DNA of 63,200 nt, the filler included, from Stramenopiles sp. TOSAG23-3 (lineage: Eukaryota): NCBI GenBank assembly GCA_900128585.1. It is 14 parts of 14 records of this genome, joined end to end, with 100 filler letters (N's around TTAATTAATTAA, not from the genome) between each part and the next. Parts side by side here need not be neighbours in the genome. Positions count along the whole stretch, not along the records: positions 45,283 to 49,689 come from LT643837.1; positions 49,790 to 54,196 come from LT643838.1; positions 54,297 to 58,701 come from LT643839.1; 11 more parts are not named here. One strand, written 5' to 3'. This document shows positions 45,790 to 54,297 of this stretch, one piece after another. The stretch's first letter is position 1. The number at the start of each line of letters is the position of its first letter. The notes under the pieces are model-generated. The model was not told where the DNA came from, ran no database searches, and was given only the letters and a program-made list of their open reading frames with translations. Position numbers and translations under genes: made by a program.

Positions 45790-47814
45790 ATGAACCGTAC
45801 GCTGGACATTGAGGAAACCGTGGGGAGGCTGGATGCCAAGCGTTATACGAAGAAAAGGAGCGCCACGCCAACATCTTCCCGGTCTCGAGTGCCGAAGACG
45901 GGGATCAACCAGGCAGCGCCGCTCGGGCCCCAGTCAGAAAGTCTTGAAATCCCTGACGAGCTGGTGCCGTTGATAAAGGAGCTCGCCACCTGCGGCTACG
46001 ACAACCGGCAAGAGTTCAACAAAGTCCTGGGGCGTGCGAAACGGAAGTACAAGTACCAAGGTAGAAATAGTGATTTGCTGCGCGTGTATAAGCTAATGTT
46101 AGAGAAGGAAATGATGGAGCCGCACCCGCAGCTCCCCGTGCTGCTGCGGACCAAGCTGGGGAAGAGCGCGTCTGGGATCCTCTCGGTTACCGTGTTTACG
46201 AGTCCGTACCCGGAGTACACGGACGAAAACGGGAAGAAAAAGGTGCAGCGGTTCACGTGCAAGTGGAACTGCTACTATTGTCCGAACCACCCCAACCATC
46301 CCCGCAGCTACCTCCCGGACGAGCCGGGGTGCTTGCGAGCGGAGCGGCTGGGGTTTGTTGCCGTGGACCAAGTCGTGGAGCGCGTTGAAACGCTGCGTCG
46401 AATTGGGCACCCGGTCGACAAGTTAGAAGTGCTAGTGCTGGGCGGCACGTGGGAATCGTACCCGGAAGAGTACCAAGAAACGTTCATTCGCGACTTGTTT
46501 TACGCGGCAAACACATTTTTTGACCCGTTGCCGAAGCGGGACCCCCAAAGCCTGCCGGAAGAGCAGGCGATAAACGAGACCACCCGAGTGAAAATTATCG
46601 GTTTGACGTTGGAAACAAGGCCGGACACCATCGATGCCCAGTCCATCCGGCGGCTGCGGTACTACGGGTGCACGCGACTGCAGCTGGGGGTCCAGCACAC
46701 GGACGATAGCATTCTAGAGTTAGTGAACCGGCAGCACACGAAGGCGGATACGGCGCGGGCGTTGCGAATACTAAAGGACAACTGCTACAAAGTGGACATT
46801 CACCTGATGCCCGATTTGCCCGGCGCGACCCCGGAGATCGATCGGGACATGTTTGACCAGCTGCTGGGGGTGAAAGAAATGCACTCGCCGAGGCCCAGGG
46901 AGTACCATTACGACCTGATAGACGAGACGATCCAAGCGGACCAGTGGAAGATTTACCCTTGCGAAGTGACCCCGTGGACGGTGATCGAAAAGTGGTACAA
47001 GGCAGGAACGTACAAACCGTACGCGGACACAGGGGACATTCTCCAGGAACTCCTGATGTGGACGAAGTCCCGGGTGTTCCCGTGGATCCGGCTCAACCGC
47101 GTCATCCGTGACATTCCTAACCAGCACATTCTGGGGGGAAACTCGAACACGAACCTCCGGCAAGCCCTTCAGAAGGAAATGAAGGCCCGGGGGATGTCCT
47201 GCCGCTGCATCCGGTGCAGGGAGGTCGGTTTGAACAGCTACAGCAACAAAAAGTCGCTGGGCGCAAACTTGGTGGTGCGAAAATACAACGGCAACAGCGG
47301 TATTGAATACTTTTTGTCCTTCGAGAGCGACGACGAGAAACTGATTTATGGGTTTTGCCGTTTGCGAATAAGTGACCGGGCAGGCGTCGGCGTGTTTCCT
47401 GAGTTGGTGGGTGCGGCACTCGTTCGAGAGCTGCACGTGTATGGCCAGCTCATCCCCACGTACACTGACGATAGGACCAAAATGCCGCAAACCCAGCACG
47501 TCGGTTTTGGAAAGAAGCTGATGAAGGAGGCAGAGAAAATCGCAAAGTCGCACGGCAAGGCAAAGATCGCCGTCATTGCCGGCATAGGGACGCGGAACTA
47601 TTATCGGAAGCTTGGGTACCATCTGCACAAGGGCGACGGTGGGTTTCTTCTGAAGAGCCTGTCGTCCAAAGCAGAGGCCATGCTGTGGTTTCTGCTAGCC
47701 GCAGTGGTCACGCTCCTGGCCTTATTTTTCCTTGCACCGGTGTCGCTGCCGCAAGCCATGGCGCCTAAATTTTTGGAAGCCCTCTTCAACGTAAGACAAA
47801 GCGTAGAATTGTAA
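45790..47814 (+). CDS. ELP3: Elp3-family radical SAM / GNAT acetyltransferase with C-terminal transmembrane segment
   Basis: CKWNCYYCP, PRSYL..EPG, DKLEV.VLGGTW, GLTLETRPD, QLGVQH, HLMPDLPG, KIYP, R.NRV.RDIP, CRCIRCREV, RELHVYG, QHVGFGKKLM, GIGTRNYYRKLGY; tail MLWFLLAAVVTLLALFFLA. Confidence 0.93.
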   Translation: MNRTLDIEETVGRLDAKRYTKKRSATPTSSRSRVPKTGINQAAPLGPQSESLEIPDELVPLIKELATCGYDNRQEFNKVLGRAKRKYKYQGRNSDLLRVYKLMLEKEMMEPHPQLPVLLRTKLGKSASGILSVTVFTSPYPEYTDENGKKKVQRFTCKWNCYYCPNHPNHPRSYLPDEPGCLRAERLGFVAVDQVVERVETLRRIGHPVDKLEVLVLGGTWESYPEEYQETFIRDLFYAANTFFDPLPKRDPQSLPEEQAINETTRVKIIGLTLETRPDTIDAQSIRRLRYYGCTRLQLGVQHTDDSILELVNRQHTKADTARALRILKDNCYKVDIHLMPDLPGATPEIDRDMFDQLLGVKEMHSPRPREYHYDLIDETIQADQWKIYPCEVTPWTVIEKWYKAGTYKPYADTGDILQELLMWTKSRVFPWIRLNRVIRDIPNQHILGGNSNTNLRQALQKEMKARGMSCRCIRCREVGLNSYSNKKSLGANLVVRKYNGNSGIEYFLSFESDDEKLIYGFCRLRISDRAGVGVFPELVGAALVRELHVYGQLIPTYTDDRTKMPQTQHVGFGKKLMKEAEKIAKSHGKAKIAVIAGIGTRNYYRKLGYHLHKGDGGFLLKSLSSKAEAMLWFLLAAVVTLLALFFLAPVSLPQAMAPKFLEALFNVRQSVEL

Positions 47815-48022
47815 CGAGAAAGGCAAAAGCCGGGCACATGCCGAGCGCTCTGTATATGTGTGCGTATGAAAATAAAGCAGTGCGTATAAGAATTACTATG
47901 ATATCGAAATTTAATTCTTACCTCTCTCGCGTAGATCTGCTGCTGGCGCTCCTGTTAATACTGTTATGAAACGCTTTTCCATCACATAACGCGCACAACA
48001 ATAACATATATCATAATATGTT

Positions 48023-48152
48023 AAATCACAACAGTAGAGATCCGTTTGCAGTACATTAATTTTAATTAAATAACAGCTAATTTTCTTGTTAATTACTTAA
48101 ATAACAGCCAATTTTTTTTTATGTTAAAATAACAGCCAATTTTCTTGTTTTT
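48023..48152 (+). repeat. Dispersed ~80-bp repeat, copy 2, with three tandem AATAACAGC(C/T)AATTTT units
   Basis: Matches reverse complement of 28389-28463. Confidence 0.85.
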
Positions 48153-48228
48153 ATGAAACCATTATGTTATTTGCTTTTTGTAAAATTCCAACCGTGGTCG
48201 TTCCCCTTCTGGTTGTGTTCACCCCACC

Positions 48229-49047
48229 TCAAAGAATATCACAAAAAGAAAATATTCCTCCTCGCTTGCCCTTAGCGGGCTGCCGCCCGCGCCGTATTTC
48301 CCGAATGCATTCTTTAAACACTTCCTCGACGTTTTCCCCACTATATGCGCTTGTTTCTATGTACTTTGCACTGTACCGTTCGGCAATGGATGCGCCCGTC
48401 TCGGAGGAAACGATCTCTTTGCTACTGTTCACTAAATCTTTTTTGTTGGCAACCATAATGATTGGAACGTTCCTGTCTTGGTTTATTTGCTGGTGAAGCT
48501 CGAAGAAGTGCTCCAATTCCTGCAACGAATTTTCCGAAATCATGCTATAAACGAACACATACGCGTCTTTCTCAATCATCCACTGGGGCCGGAGCGAGAG
48601 AAAGTCGTCTTGGCCTGCAGTATCCAAAATCTCCACCGTGCACATTTTGTCATCTGTCTCGAACGTCTTTCTGTACGCGTCCTCGATGGTCGGATCCCAT
48701 TCTTCCACAAAAATGTCCCGAATGAAGCGCAGCGTCAGCGCGCTTTTGCCGACCCCCCCTGTGCCCAGCACGGATATGGAGAAGGACTCGTCGCCCTTCG
48801 TGCTCCCTTGCGCGCTTTCTTTGAAGAACGGCCCCCCTGTCGAAACGTACAGCTGGTCGTTGTTGTGTACGCTCTCTAAGCTCTCTATTTCTGTGCCGTC
48901 GGCTTGAAAAATCCGCTTTGCCTTTACCGACAACTTTTTTCCAGCCATCAGTTTTAACTTTGCAAAATCCATCTTCCCCTTTAACACGATGATCTTGCCT
49001 ATTGCCCCAAGTTCGTTCTTATGAACGACGACTCGAACGGACGCCAT
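48229..49047 (-). CDS. Ras-subfamily GTPase with N-terminal doublecortin/KHA-like domain and CAAX box
   Basis: GTGGVGKS, DPTIEDAY, DTAGQ, NKKD, ETSA, C-terminal CDIL; N-terminal KKL...AKRIF..DG.EI......NDQLYVSTG.PF. Confidence 0.9.
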   Translation of the reverse strand: MASVRVVVHKNELGAIGKIIVLKGKMDFAKLKLMAGKKLSVKAKRIFQADGTEIESLESVHNNDQLYVSTGGPFFKESAQGSTKGDESFSISVLGTGGVGKSALTLRFIRDIFVEEWDPTIEDAYRKTFETDDKMCTVEILDTAGQDDFLSLRPQWMIEKDAYVFVYSMISENSLQELEHFFELHQQINQDRNVPIIMVANKKDLVNSSKEIVSSETGASIAERYSAKYIETSAYSGENVEEVFKECIREIRRGRQPAKGKRGGIFSFCDIL

Positions 49048-49539
49048 ACTGAAAGCTGTCAACTCACGCAAACGCACGCACGCACAAGAACCCTACAACC
49101 TCGAAAGTAGTAAGTGAACAGTAAGTAGTATTACCCTCTCTCCTGTATAAAAGTAACTCAGGTTTGTTTTTTGTCTCTCGTTTTGGACGATGTTTTGCAG
49201 TGATATTCACTTACTTGATGCCATGTCACTTTTGGTCTCTTGAACGTTATTTCTTTCACACTCAACATCTAACAAAACTAATAAAAATAAATACATAATA
49301 AAATAATAATAGAAATTATTAATCTTCTTCTTCTTACTATTATTTTATTACCATCATCATAATATGTATTTTTTAATTTTCTTCTTCTATTTATTTCATT
49401 CCAGTGTTACGAGGATGGTGCGATTATCTTCTTTTGATGACTAGACACTATCTTTCTATCTTCGAGTTGCTGTAATAATAAATACATACAACACAGCATC
49501 AGGAAAAAACATTTTTTTTTTTTTCCGTTGTTTAGTTGT

Positions 49540-49689
49540 TTCTCTGCTCTTCTTTGTTTCTTTTCTTTGTTTCTTTCTTTGTTTCTTTGTTTCTTTGTTT
49601 CTTTGTTTCTTTGTTTCTTTGTTTCTTTGTTTCTTTCTTGGATTTCTTTCCTTCTTTGTTTGTTTGTTTGTTTGTTTCTTTCTTTCTTT
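49540..49689 (+). repeat. (TTTGTTTC)n simple repeat at contig end
   Basis: Directly visible. Confidence 0.9.
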
Positions 49690-50071
49690 NNNNNNNNNNN
49701 NNNNNNNNNNNNNNNNNNNNNNNNNNNNNNNNNTTAATTAATTAANNNNNNNNNNNNNNNNNNNNNNNNNNNNNNNNNNNNNNNNNNNNTTTCATTTGAA
49801 ATTTGAAAATAACGACAATATTTTACATAGGAAGAAAAGAATACTATTTAAACATTACAACTACAATATGACTCTTTCTTTTAAATCGGAAGGATATAAT
49901 ACTTACAAGTACACATTCTTATATTGTATTATCCGTAATAGGTTGATATAGTATATTAGACTATAGAATACATATTATAAGTATAAATTCTATTCTTTTA
50001 ATTATTAGTGATAGGATGATAAATAGAATAGAATACGATTTAATCATTACAAGTACATCTTCTATGTTTTG

Positions 50072-50470
50072 TTTCTTTTTTTTTCTTTGGAAAGAAATGA
50101 AATTTAGAATCTGAAATACATTTGATAGGCGATAATATTAATAAAGACTACTAACATTCCTTATAAGTACAATATAGAAAAAAGATCCCTTTGGAAGGAA
50201 TCGATTTTTTTATACAATTCATTTCATAGGAAATTGAGCAGTATTCTAATACATCTTATAAGTATAACAATGAAAGGATTCTTTTTCTTTCTTTTTTTTT
50301 CTTTGGAAAGAAATGAAATTTAGAATCTGAAATATATTTGATAGGAGATAATATTAATACAGACTACTATGATTCCTTATAAGTACAATACATAAAAAAG
50401 GAATCGATTTTTTTATACAATTCATTCGATAGGAAATAGTTTCGTATTCTAATACATATTATAAGTATAT
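50072..50470 (+). repeat. Diverged tandem duplication, period ~217 nt, in AT-rich DNA
   Basis: CTTTGGAAAGAAATGAAATTTAGAATCTGAAATA at 50085 and 50301, with collinear similarity for ~190 nt. Confidence 0.9.
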
Positions 50471-51176
50471 AAATGCATCGATCGAAGCGAATTGCAACTT
50501 TTCTAACCCAAAGTTTAACAATACTATATATTGTAGTTAATAAAGACAAAACATGCCTATCTGAAAAGAAGGATCAAACCTTCCTTTCTTCCAAAAAGGG
50601 GGATACCCTATTTTATAACACTATTTTAAGCCTATTCCAATACAAAAACAGAATTGTTAAGGACTTCTGTAATATTCCATTTTTCATCGTATCTGTATGC
50701 TAAACCACAAACAAAACAAAAAAAACGTATCCAAATATTGATGTTATTTCAGGTAAATAAAAACACATAGAAAAAGACATGAATCACTCATAGTTATAGC
50801 TTCCATACCATAGCAAAACAAAGGCGTGGGTTTCTAGAAAACACTGTTGTCCTTAACAATGATCCTCTCGAAACGTTTGCGTTAGATACCGTTTAGATTC
50901 CTTTTAAAAGCTTATTGTAGTTTAATGTAACACGAAAAGCCTTGTTTCAATATTTAATGTTTTATTCCAACGATGAAAAACATCGAAAAATTGCACATTT
51001 CCATGACGGCGAAAGGAAAGAACGAAGGAATGGGACAACTCGGTTCCGTTGCGTAACCATTCCATGTCGTCATCTTCTTCGTTTCTTCAAATCCGTCGTC
51101 CTTCCTTTTCACTTTGGTTGCAGCGATTCAATACATTTCGTTTCCTTCCCTTGCCCTTTTTTGTTTCGTGAAGAAG

Positions 51177-52202
51177 ATGATGTTGATGCTGAAACGCGTA
51201 GTGCTCGCCTTCGTTGCGGTCTGCGTTCTGACAACCAACGGGGCAGCGGTGCGTGGAAACGGCGACGGGGTCTTTGGACGGTTCACTGGGTTGTTGAAGT
51301 CGATGTACGATGCCAGGGACATGCGAGTGCGTGCGGCGCCGATAGAGGATATGGACGATAGTTTGATTGCGGGTAGTAGTGGGCAGTTGTCCGACGATGC
51401 GTTCAACTTCCTGGAACTGCCGTCCGGGGCAACGGGCGGGTCCGCGTCTGGGTCCGAGGCCGACGGGGCGAGCACCGGAGGGACGGGGGCCACGGGGGCG
51501 AGCACCGCAGGGACCGGGTCGACTGGGGCCACGGGGGCCACGGGGGCGAGCACCGCAGGGACCGGGTCGACTGGGGCCACGGGGGCCACCGGCCTGACCG
51601 GGATGACCGGGGCAAGCCACATTTTAGTCCACGAGTCGCCCAAGGACAACTGCGCAACCGCCATTCGAAAGGCCGAGCAGCGGTTCTTGGACCAGAACGT
51701 CAGCGGGAAAGTCCTCCACAAGGAGGTCGGTGCCTGGTGCAGGGACCTCTTCAAACGAAGGGAACACTTCAAGGTCTCCTCGTACACCGTCGAGCGCATC
51801 TGCGCCCAGGCCGAGCAGCTCTTCCTGAAGCGCCCCGCCCACGCCCGGTACACCAAGGACTACAAGCGGGAGAACGAGTTCTGCCTTCACATGCAGGCCG
51901 CCATCGACAAGGTCCTCGCCGTGCCGGAAACCCACGAGTTCGAAAAGGCCCGCCCGGCCGTCACCAAGAAGGACATTGCCCACCTCCCCGTCGCACGAAC
52001 CATCAACGTCGTCGGGAAGGACGCGACCTGCTGCGCCCCACACGCCCAGCCCTCCTGCGCCGACGAGGGCATCCGAAAGTGCGTCTGCCATCACGACCCG
52101 AAATGCTGCACCCACGAATGGGACTTGCAATGCGCCGACGAGGTAGAGACCTTTCTCTGCGGCCAGTGCCCACGGCCAGCATTCCTCGAAGTTGGGAACT
52201 AA
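51177..52202 (+). CDS. Secreted protein with G-A-T/collagen-like low-complexity repeats and a C-terminal Cys-rich module
   Basis: Signal peptide; 48-nt repeat (GATGASTAGTGSTGAT); CCAPH..PSC.D....CVC..DP.CC...WD..C. Confidence 0.8.
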   Translation: MMLMLKRVVLAFVAVCVLTTNGAAVRGNGDGVFGRFTGLLKSMYDARDMRVRAAPIEDMDDSLIAGSSGQLSDDAFNFLELPSGATGGSASGSEADGASTGGTGATGASTAGTGSTGATGATGASTAGTGSTGATGATGLTGMTGASHILVHESPKDNCATAIRKAEQRFLDQNVSGKVLHKEVGAWCRDLFKRREHFKVSSYTVERICAQAEQLFLKRPAHARYTKDYKRENEFCLHMQAAIDKVLAVPETHEFEKARPAVTKKDIAHLPVARTINVVGKDATCCAPHAQPSCADEGIRKCVCHHDPKCCTHEWDLQCADEVETFLCGQCPRPAFLEVGN

Positions 52203-52372
52203 TCCAGGCACAATTCATAGTACACACCCACACTCGTATCGTTTATATTGTTCGTTATGTATTGTGCGCAGGAAGTTCTTCAGGAGAGAACGCTATTCTT
52301 AAGTAAGTAATTTTATTTAAAACGTACGTTTTGCTTTAAACAAAGTACAAGCTCTTCAACTTTGCCACGGGG

Positions 52373-54196
52373 TCAACGCCTGGGTGGTTTCGGGGCTTTC
52401 TTCCGTGGCGCGACAAACTTCGGCCGAGGCGCGGGGGATCGCCCGAACCCTCCGCCCCTGCCAACGCCGCCACTACTACTACTACTAGTACTGCGACCAC
52501 TACCAGCCCTATCCCCCGCACCGAACGGGCGAGGGGACCCAACCCCCAACCCGCTGCCCGTTCGGGGGGCAGGGGTCACCTTGATCCGCAAGTCCCGCCA
52601 CGTGGTGCGCTGGGTCCGCGCCATCGCCTGGACGGCAATGTCCGTCCGTCTTCGGAGCAACGGGATGATGAGCTTCTCGAAGCCGTCGCAGACTTCCGGG
52701 CTCAGTTTTGCGAGCTCCAGGCCCTGCCGGAACTTCCCGTCCTTCCCGTGCACGGGCCACCCGTTCAGGATGTGCTGGAGCCACGCCTGCATGAACTTCA
52801 ACCGCTCCATGTTGTCCGTCCAATGGTCGAGGATGTGCCGGATCACGGGGGAGTCCAGCGTCAGCGGGGGCGCCGGGTGGCTCGAGTCCACCGCCTGCCA
52901 CTTCTCGTCCGCCGGGTCCTCGAACGACTTCTTCGCCGCCGCCACCGCCGCCACCACCGCGGCTTCGGTGGCCTTCGCCCCCTCGGCCCGCAGGGACCCC
53001 CCCAGCCGCCGAAGCTCCTCCTCGAACTCGTCGTCCTTCGCCCGGTCCAGGACCCGCCACTTGGCCTCCTTCTCGGCCACCTCCTTCCGCAAGCTGTCCC
53101 CCTCGATCCGGGCCACCCGCTCCGCGTCCGCCAGCCGGGTCTCGTAGAACGCCGCCTGCTGCCCGTGCCGCTCGGCCGACGCGGCGACCTCCCCCTCCAG
53201 CTCCTCCACCCTGCCCTGGAGCTGCCCCGCCTCCGCCTGGGCCGCCGTCAGGCTCGCGGCCGACGACACCGTCTTCGCCATGTGGTCCTGCTCCAGCTTC
53301 GCCACCGCCCGGGAATGGGCCTGGGACAGCCGGGACTCCACCTCCATCCGCGCCAGCTCGACCGCCGCGTTCCGCTCCGACAGCGACCGGACCCGCCACG
53401 CCTCCTGGCCCTTCGCGACCGCCGCCTCGACGGCAAGGGCCTTCTCGTTCTTCCACTTGGTCTGCCAAAACGACAGCGTCGACTCGAACTCCTCCGCCTT
53501 CTCCCTCTCCCACGCCGCCTTCAGGTCCTCCATCTGCTCCGTCCGGGACGTCTCCTGGGACGTTCGCTCCGCGGCCACCGCCGCCTCGATAAGTTCCATG
53601 GTCGTCTGCTCCATCTTCTGGGCGTCCCCTCTCGCCGCCGTCAGGGCCGCCCCCAACCGCTCTATTTCCAAGTTCCCCTCCGCCACGCTCGCCTCCGCCT
53701 GCTTCACCAGGCCCGCCTGGTCCGACGCCGCCTGCAACGCCTCTCTCAGAATCTCCTCGTGCCGGCTCGTCGACGTCGTCGCGGCGCTCTCCTGCGTCTT
53801 CAGCTGCTCCGCCAGGCTAGCCCCCGCGGTCGCCTTGGCCATCAGCTCCCCCTCCAGCCTCGCCAGCGCCGTGACAAAGGCCGCCTTCTCCGCCTTGAGC
53901 TCGCGGACCTCCTCTTCCAACCCTGGGGTCGGGGGTGTCGAGGGTGTCGGGGGTGTCGGGGCCGCCGGAGCCCCCGGCACGGACGACGCCGCGGCCTTGA
54001 GCGCCGCGCACTCCGCCTCGATCGTGCCCATTTTCGACTCCAACGCTTTCTTCTCCGCTGTCGACGTGCGCAGGACAATGTCGAACTCCTCCCGCGACGC
54101 CTTTAGCTTTGCGCTGGCCTCTTCCAGCTCGGCCCGCAACGCGGAGATCGTTTTGCCCTGCTCTTCGGCGTGTGCGAGCGCCGCCGCAAGGACCTC
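52373..54196 (-). CDS. Long coiled-coil protein with small globular C-terminal domain (5' truncated)
   Basis: Frame open to contig edge; A/E-rich heptads; SPVIRHILDHWT...WL...GLEL..L.PEV.DGF..LIIPLL. Confidence 0.75.
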   Translation of the reverse strand, partial: EVLAAALAHAEEQGKTISALRAELEEASAKLKASREEFDIVLRTSTAEKKALESKMGTIEAECAALKAAASSVPGAPAAPTPPTPSTPPTPGLEEEVRELKAEKAAFVTALARLEGELMAKATAGASLAEQLKTQESAATTSTSRHEEILREALQAASDQAGLVKQAEASVAEGNLEIERLGAALTAARGDAQKMEQTTMELIEAAVAAERTSQETSRTEQMEDLKAAWEREKAEEFESTLSFWQTKWKNEKALAVEAAVAKGQEAWRVRSLSERNAAVELARMEVESRLSQAHSRAVAKLEQDHMAKTVSSAASLTAAQAEAGQLQGRVEELEGEVAASAERHGQQAAFYETRLADAERVARIEGDSLRKEVAEKEAKWRVLDRAKDDEFEEELRRLGGSLRAEGAKATEAAVVAAVAAAKKSFEDPADEKWQAVDSSHPAPPLTLDSPVIRHILDHWTDNMERLKFMQAWLQHILNGWPVHGKDGKFRQGLELAKLSPEVCDGFEKLIIPLLRRRTDIAVQAMARTQRTTWRDLRIKVTPAPRTGSGLGVGSPRPFGAGDRAGSGRSTSSSSSGGVGRGGGFGRSPAPRPKFVAPRKKAPKPPRR

Positions 54197-54297
54197 NNNN
54201 NNNNNNNNNNNNNNNNNNNNNNNNNNNNNNNNNNNNNNNNTTAATTAATTAANNNNNNNNNNNNNNNNNNNNNNNNNNNNNNNNNNNNNNNNNNNNG

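Noticed and set aside
48067..48152. Three ~21-bp direct repeats as a mini CRISPR array
   Set aside because: Spacers are only ~8-10 nt and AT-only, there are no cas genes, and the context is eukaryotic
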